A DNA stretch of 52,197 bases from Hyphomicrobiaceae bacterium (GTDB taxonomy: Bacteria; Pseudomonadota; Alphaproteobacteria; Rhizobiales; Hyphomicrobiaceae): NCBI GenBank assembly GCA_031403055.1, contig JANNSW010000155.1, positions 1 to 52,197 of the forward strand, read 5' to 3'. A program made the position numbers and the translations under genes. Below, one piece after another: positions 49,168 to 52,197 of this stretch (position 1 is the first letter of the stretch; the number at the start of each line of letters is the position of its first letter). Below the pieces are notes generated by a model. The model saw only the letters and a program-made list of their open reading frames with translations, made no database searches and was not told the DNA's origin.

Positions 49168-51426
49168 TCATTTCCGGAACAGGTAGATCGGGCTCGACCA
49201 CATGCGGTGGCCATCTTCTTGCTGTACGCGGATATACACGCTGGTATCACCCTTCGCTCGGACTTTGACCTGACGTCTGAGGCTCGCGTCCGCTTGGTCC
49301 ATCACATTGGGCAGCCGTTGAACGCGAACGGCGCGGTCGAGACCGCCGGCCAGAAACTCACGCGGCTCGACGCCGAGATCCGCGATCACGACTTCGCCCG
49401 ACGCGGGTGCCGTCTTGAAGGCGAGATGTCCGGTGTTGGGAGTTTCGAGCCAGAGGTCGATTGCACCGTAGTTTCCTGTGGTCACGGCCTTCCACGTCAC
49501 CGAGGAGTGGTCTTGCTTCTGAATTCCACGATCGAGGTTCCAGCTGTTGATCACGCCGGTTCGCACTATCCGGTTGCCTTCAATGGTGAGTGATCCGTCC
49601 CAGTTGGTCGCACGCGCTCGCCCGCGATATTCTGCGCCCTCGTAGACAAGCCGCACGCGATTGCAAAGGGCCTGATCGCCATAGAAGCGAACGGTTTCCA
49701 GGCAATCGAGACCATCGAAGATGTCGAGCCGTTCGATCGGCGCCGATGCAATGACGTTGATGACCAGATCGACAGTCTCCTGATCGACGCTGGCGATGTC
49801 GCCCATGATGAGGTGGCGTGTCGTCTCGATTTTTGCGGCCCCGAGCGATGGGTCGCGCTGGTAGGCTTGACCATCTCGGGCCAGTTCCACCGACACATCG
49901 ACGAAAGCGCGATTTCCGGTCGTCGCATAATGCCGCCGCCGACGCATCGACTCGAAGATTGCGTCGCGATCCAGCCGCTCGGCCAGAAAGCACGTTAGGC
50001 CGCCGTAGCTGCCGAAAAACGACGCGCCAGGATAGCAGGCGCCGGGGCGGCCTTTGTGTCCATCAGAGTTTGCAACGATGCCAACGCGAAAGTTCTTTTC
50101 GAGCGCATCGCGCACGATCCACTCGAACGTCCCCCACGCGGAATGCACTTCCACTGCTGTTTCGAGGGTGGCATCGTGCGCGAAATTGATATCGGCATAC
50201 CGCCCACCGACATGGGCGACCACAACACAGTCCTTGCCCTTCAGCTTCGCAAAGAGGTCGTGGGCATCGTGCGCGTCGGTCGCCTCGTCGACGATGTCCA
50301 CGGCATCCGCGATTTGCGCATGACTGGACCGATAGATCGTCTCGCCTTCGCGGCGATAGTGCACGTTGCGATCACCGCCAACCGCCGTATTTGCTGACCA
50401 CTCATAGCCAGGGATGCATACAAATCGGCCCGGCTCTTCGAACTCGGCCGACAACAGATTGAGGTGTTTCCAGAACGCTCCGGAAATCTGGAAATCGTTG
50501 CCTTGATGACCCATGACATCGACATGGGCCTTGTCGCGGCCGAACTCAAAGTATTTACGCGCCGTGTTGGTGCCGAGCGTCTCGTTCGACTGGCCGTGCG
50601 TGTCCCCCCAAAAATGAACGAGCGGCGCATCACTCTTCACAATGCGCAGAGGATTGGTTCGGCAGAGTTCTTGCCCATCTTCGGCGACGACACGGATCTC
50701 GCAGTCACCGGGCGCGGCGCCGCGAAGGCCCTCTACGATCGCACCAAACTTACCCGCCTTGAGCGTGACGGAGGTCGGCAGCCCTTCGAGGCGGCTGTTC
50801 GCCAGGAGATTGACCTGACGCTCGACCTGATCCGATGGATTGCCCCACTTGTCGTCGATCTTGAGCGCGAGCCGGAACTCCTCCCCGCAGCGCACCAGTG
50901 TCGGAACGATCGCGAACCATTTGACGCCCGGCCCTGGAACGACCGCGATACGTGGGCATTCGCGAAGCGCGACGTAATCGTATGTAGCGATCGGATCTGC
51001 GAGCACGTGAAATTCGAACTCGCTCTCGCAATACGTTTGTACGCGGATGCCCGGTGAGCCGAAGCGCTGATCACCAAAGCGAATCGTGATCGCATCGCCG
51101 GGCGCCAGAAAACCCTTCGCGACTCCGACATATAGCGATTGGCTCCACGGGCGGATGTTGCGCCTGAATTCCCACTTGGCTTCGAGCGTGGCATTGTTGG
51201 AGGATTCGACCGTGGTGTAGCCTGGAGCCTTAGGATCGGTGAATTGCACCGGCCCGAAATCGGTGGCGAACCGGAAACCGATCTTGATCGATCCGGCGTC
51301 GTCCACGCCAAAACACCCAGCGGTATAAACCAGCTTAAAGTTCTGCCAAGACCCGGCCTCGAAACGTCCGGACGGTTCCAGCGTGGCCCGGCCCATCAAC
51401 TCGGGGCGATACTCTGACGTCGGCAT
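49168..51426 (-). CDS. Large (752 aa) cytoplasmic PHP/DUF3604-like metal-dependent hydrolase candidate
   Basis: Long intact ORF. HFWGDTHGQSNE...VDVMGHQGNDF...GYEWS...VVAHVGGRYA...ANSDGHKGRPG resembles the metal-ligand spacing of PHP/DUF3604 proteins (assigned from memory). No signal peptide. GC clearly lower (60-nt lines counted at 50% and 57%). Confidence 0.5.
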   Translation of the reverse strand: MPTSEYRPELMGRATLEPSGRFEAGSWQNFKLVYTAGCFGVDDAGSIKIGFRFATDFGPVQFTDPKAPGYTTVESSNNATLEAKWEFRRNIRPWSQSLYVGVAKGFLAPGDAITIRFGDQRFGSPGIRVQTYCESEFEFHVLADPIATYDYVALRECPRIAVVPGPGVKWFAIVPTLVRCGEEFRLALKIDDKWGNPSDQVERQVNLLANSRLEGLPTSVTLKAGKFGAIVEGLRGAAPGDCEIRVVAEDGQELCRTNPLRIVKSDAPLVHFWGDTHGQSNETLGTNTARKYFEFGRDKAHVDVMGHQGNDFQISGAFWKHLNLLSAEFEEPGRFVCIPGYEWSANTAVGGDRNVHYRREGETIYRSSHAQIADAVDIVDEATDAHDAHDLFAKLKGKDCVVVAHVGGRYADINFAHDATLETAVEVHSAWGTFEWIVRDALEKNFRVGIVANSDGHKGRPGACYPGASFFGSYGGLTCFLAERLDRDAIFESMRRRRHYATTGNRAFVDVSVELARDGQAYQRDPSLGAAKIETTRHLIMGDIASVDQETVDLVINVIASAPIERLDIFDGLDCLETVRFYGDQALCNRVRLVYEGAEYRGRARATNWDGSLTIEGNRIVRTGVINSWNLDRGIQKQDHSSVTWKAVTTGNYGAIDLWLETPNTGHLAFKTAPASGEVVIADLGVEPREFLAGGLDRAVRVQRLPNVMDQADASLRRQVKVRAKGDTSVYIRVQQEDGHRMWSSPIYLFRK

Positions 51427-51548
51427 AGCGGTCTACAATCTCTATCGGCGGGGCCGTGAAATCACGACTTGGATCGGCAATCCTATAATCACTGAACTGA
51501 GATCATGCCAAGCTGCGACCGCAAAGCAATAGGTCCGCTATGGGTCTT

Positions 51549-52197
51549 GTGTCACGAGCGTAGCCAGTCCACACGGCTGCGCGCAACTGTATTGGAGATG
51601 GAGGCAGGCCCTTCGGGTTCGGCGATCAGGTCGCTGATCCCAAGCCACCGTGAGCCGCTGCGGTCAAAAGCCGTGGTGGTGAGCGTCGCGGAAACGTCGG
51701 GGCTATGATCCCGGCAGGCAAGGTCGAGAGAGACGAGCGCAAGCGAACTGCTTCAGAAGCGTCGAAAGCGGATTAGATGATGTCAAAATCGCGGGGTGAC
51801 CCTTCCTGCGAGATCAGCTCGGGCGATGTCCTGATACGGACCGAGCGGCATCCGGCGTGTAGGCAGCGTGAAGCTCGACCCGGCTCTGGTACGGAACGTG
51901 AGAACCTTGCCGGCGATGCCAAGGGAAAAGGCACAAGCGGCTACAACCGCGAGGCCGAAAGTACCGATGCGTCGGAGAGGGGCGGACTGCCTCGTAGTAG
52001 CGGCGAAGGCCCTGTAATAGGGTTGGAGCGAAGGGGGTGGGTCACCGAAGTTGAATCGGGCCAACTGGCAACGGGAGGAGCCCGAACCTCGACGGAAGGC
52101 GGCAGCCTTCGAACGGTGGCACGAGCCGGATGATGCGAGAGTATCAAGTCCGGATCTGTGAGAGGCTCGGGGTGAAATTCCCTGGGCCTACTCGGCA
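51549..52197 (+). mobile_element. Possible 5' portion (domains I-III and start of IV) of a group II intron, truncated by the window end
   Basis: Purine-rich non-coding stretch with many GNRA-type loops (CGGAAACG, TCGAAAGCG, CCGAAAGT, GGCGAAGGCC). CCTCGTAGTAGCGGCGAAGG resembles the Ll.LtrB domain III string CTCGTAGTAGTCTGAGAAGG. The terminal AAGTCCGGATCTGTGAGAGG plus stem-loop plus CTACTC is a string I associate with bacterial intron RNAs. The 5' boundary is uncertain (GTGTC at 51549 or GTGAG at 51650). Confidence 0.4.

Noticed and set aside
52150-52197. GGTGAAATTCC string reminiscent of a cobalamin riboswitch core
   Set aside because: No B12 box or other riboswitch elements are visible around it. 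The surrounding context fits a group II intron-like RNA better.

Overview
High-GC (about 65-67% in most genes I sampled) chromosomal segment. The gene content (cckA, pcs, psd, hflKC-DUF2065-degP, usg-hemB, dnaG-rpoD) points to an alphaproteobacterium, probably Rhizobiales/Hyphomicrobiales-like; this is inference. Most of the window is densely packed housekeeping genes, and the long antisense shadow ORFs typical of high-GC DNA account for many entries in the ORF track. Accessory or unusual content: (1) A DarT/DarG (DUF4433 ADP-ribosyltransferase toxin / macrodomain antitoxin) module sits exactly between an Atm1-like ABC exporter and psd. All three junctions are 4-nt start/stop overlaps, the module has lower GC than its flanks, and darT is split by a 1-nt frameshift. 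(2) A hicB-hicA pair. (3) A lower-GC eukaryote-type PAPS sulfotransferase lies convergent with an orphan operon of a small acidic protein, an FlK-like hotdog thioesterase and a PaaK-like ligase. (4) A DUF898-M48 peptidase pair. (5) An initiator tRNA-fMet with a variant anticodon stem is followed by a non-coding tract. Further on is a low-GC block carrying a large PHP/DUF3604-like hydrolase and, at the window edge, a purine-rich GNRA-loop-rich RNA that looks like the 5' part of a group II intron. I found no CRISPR array, rRNA, transposase or integrase. All family assignments rest on motif recognition by eye and were not checked by database search.
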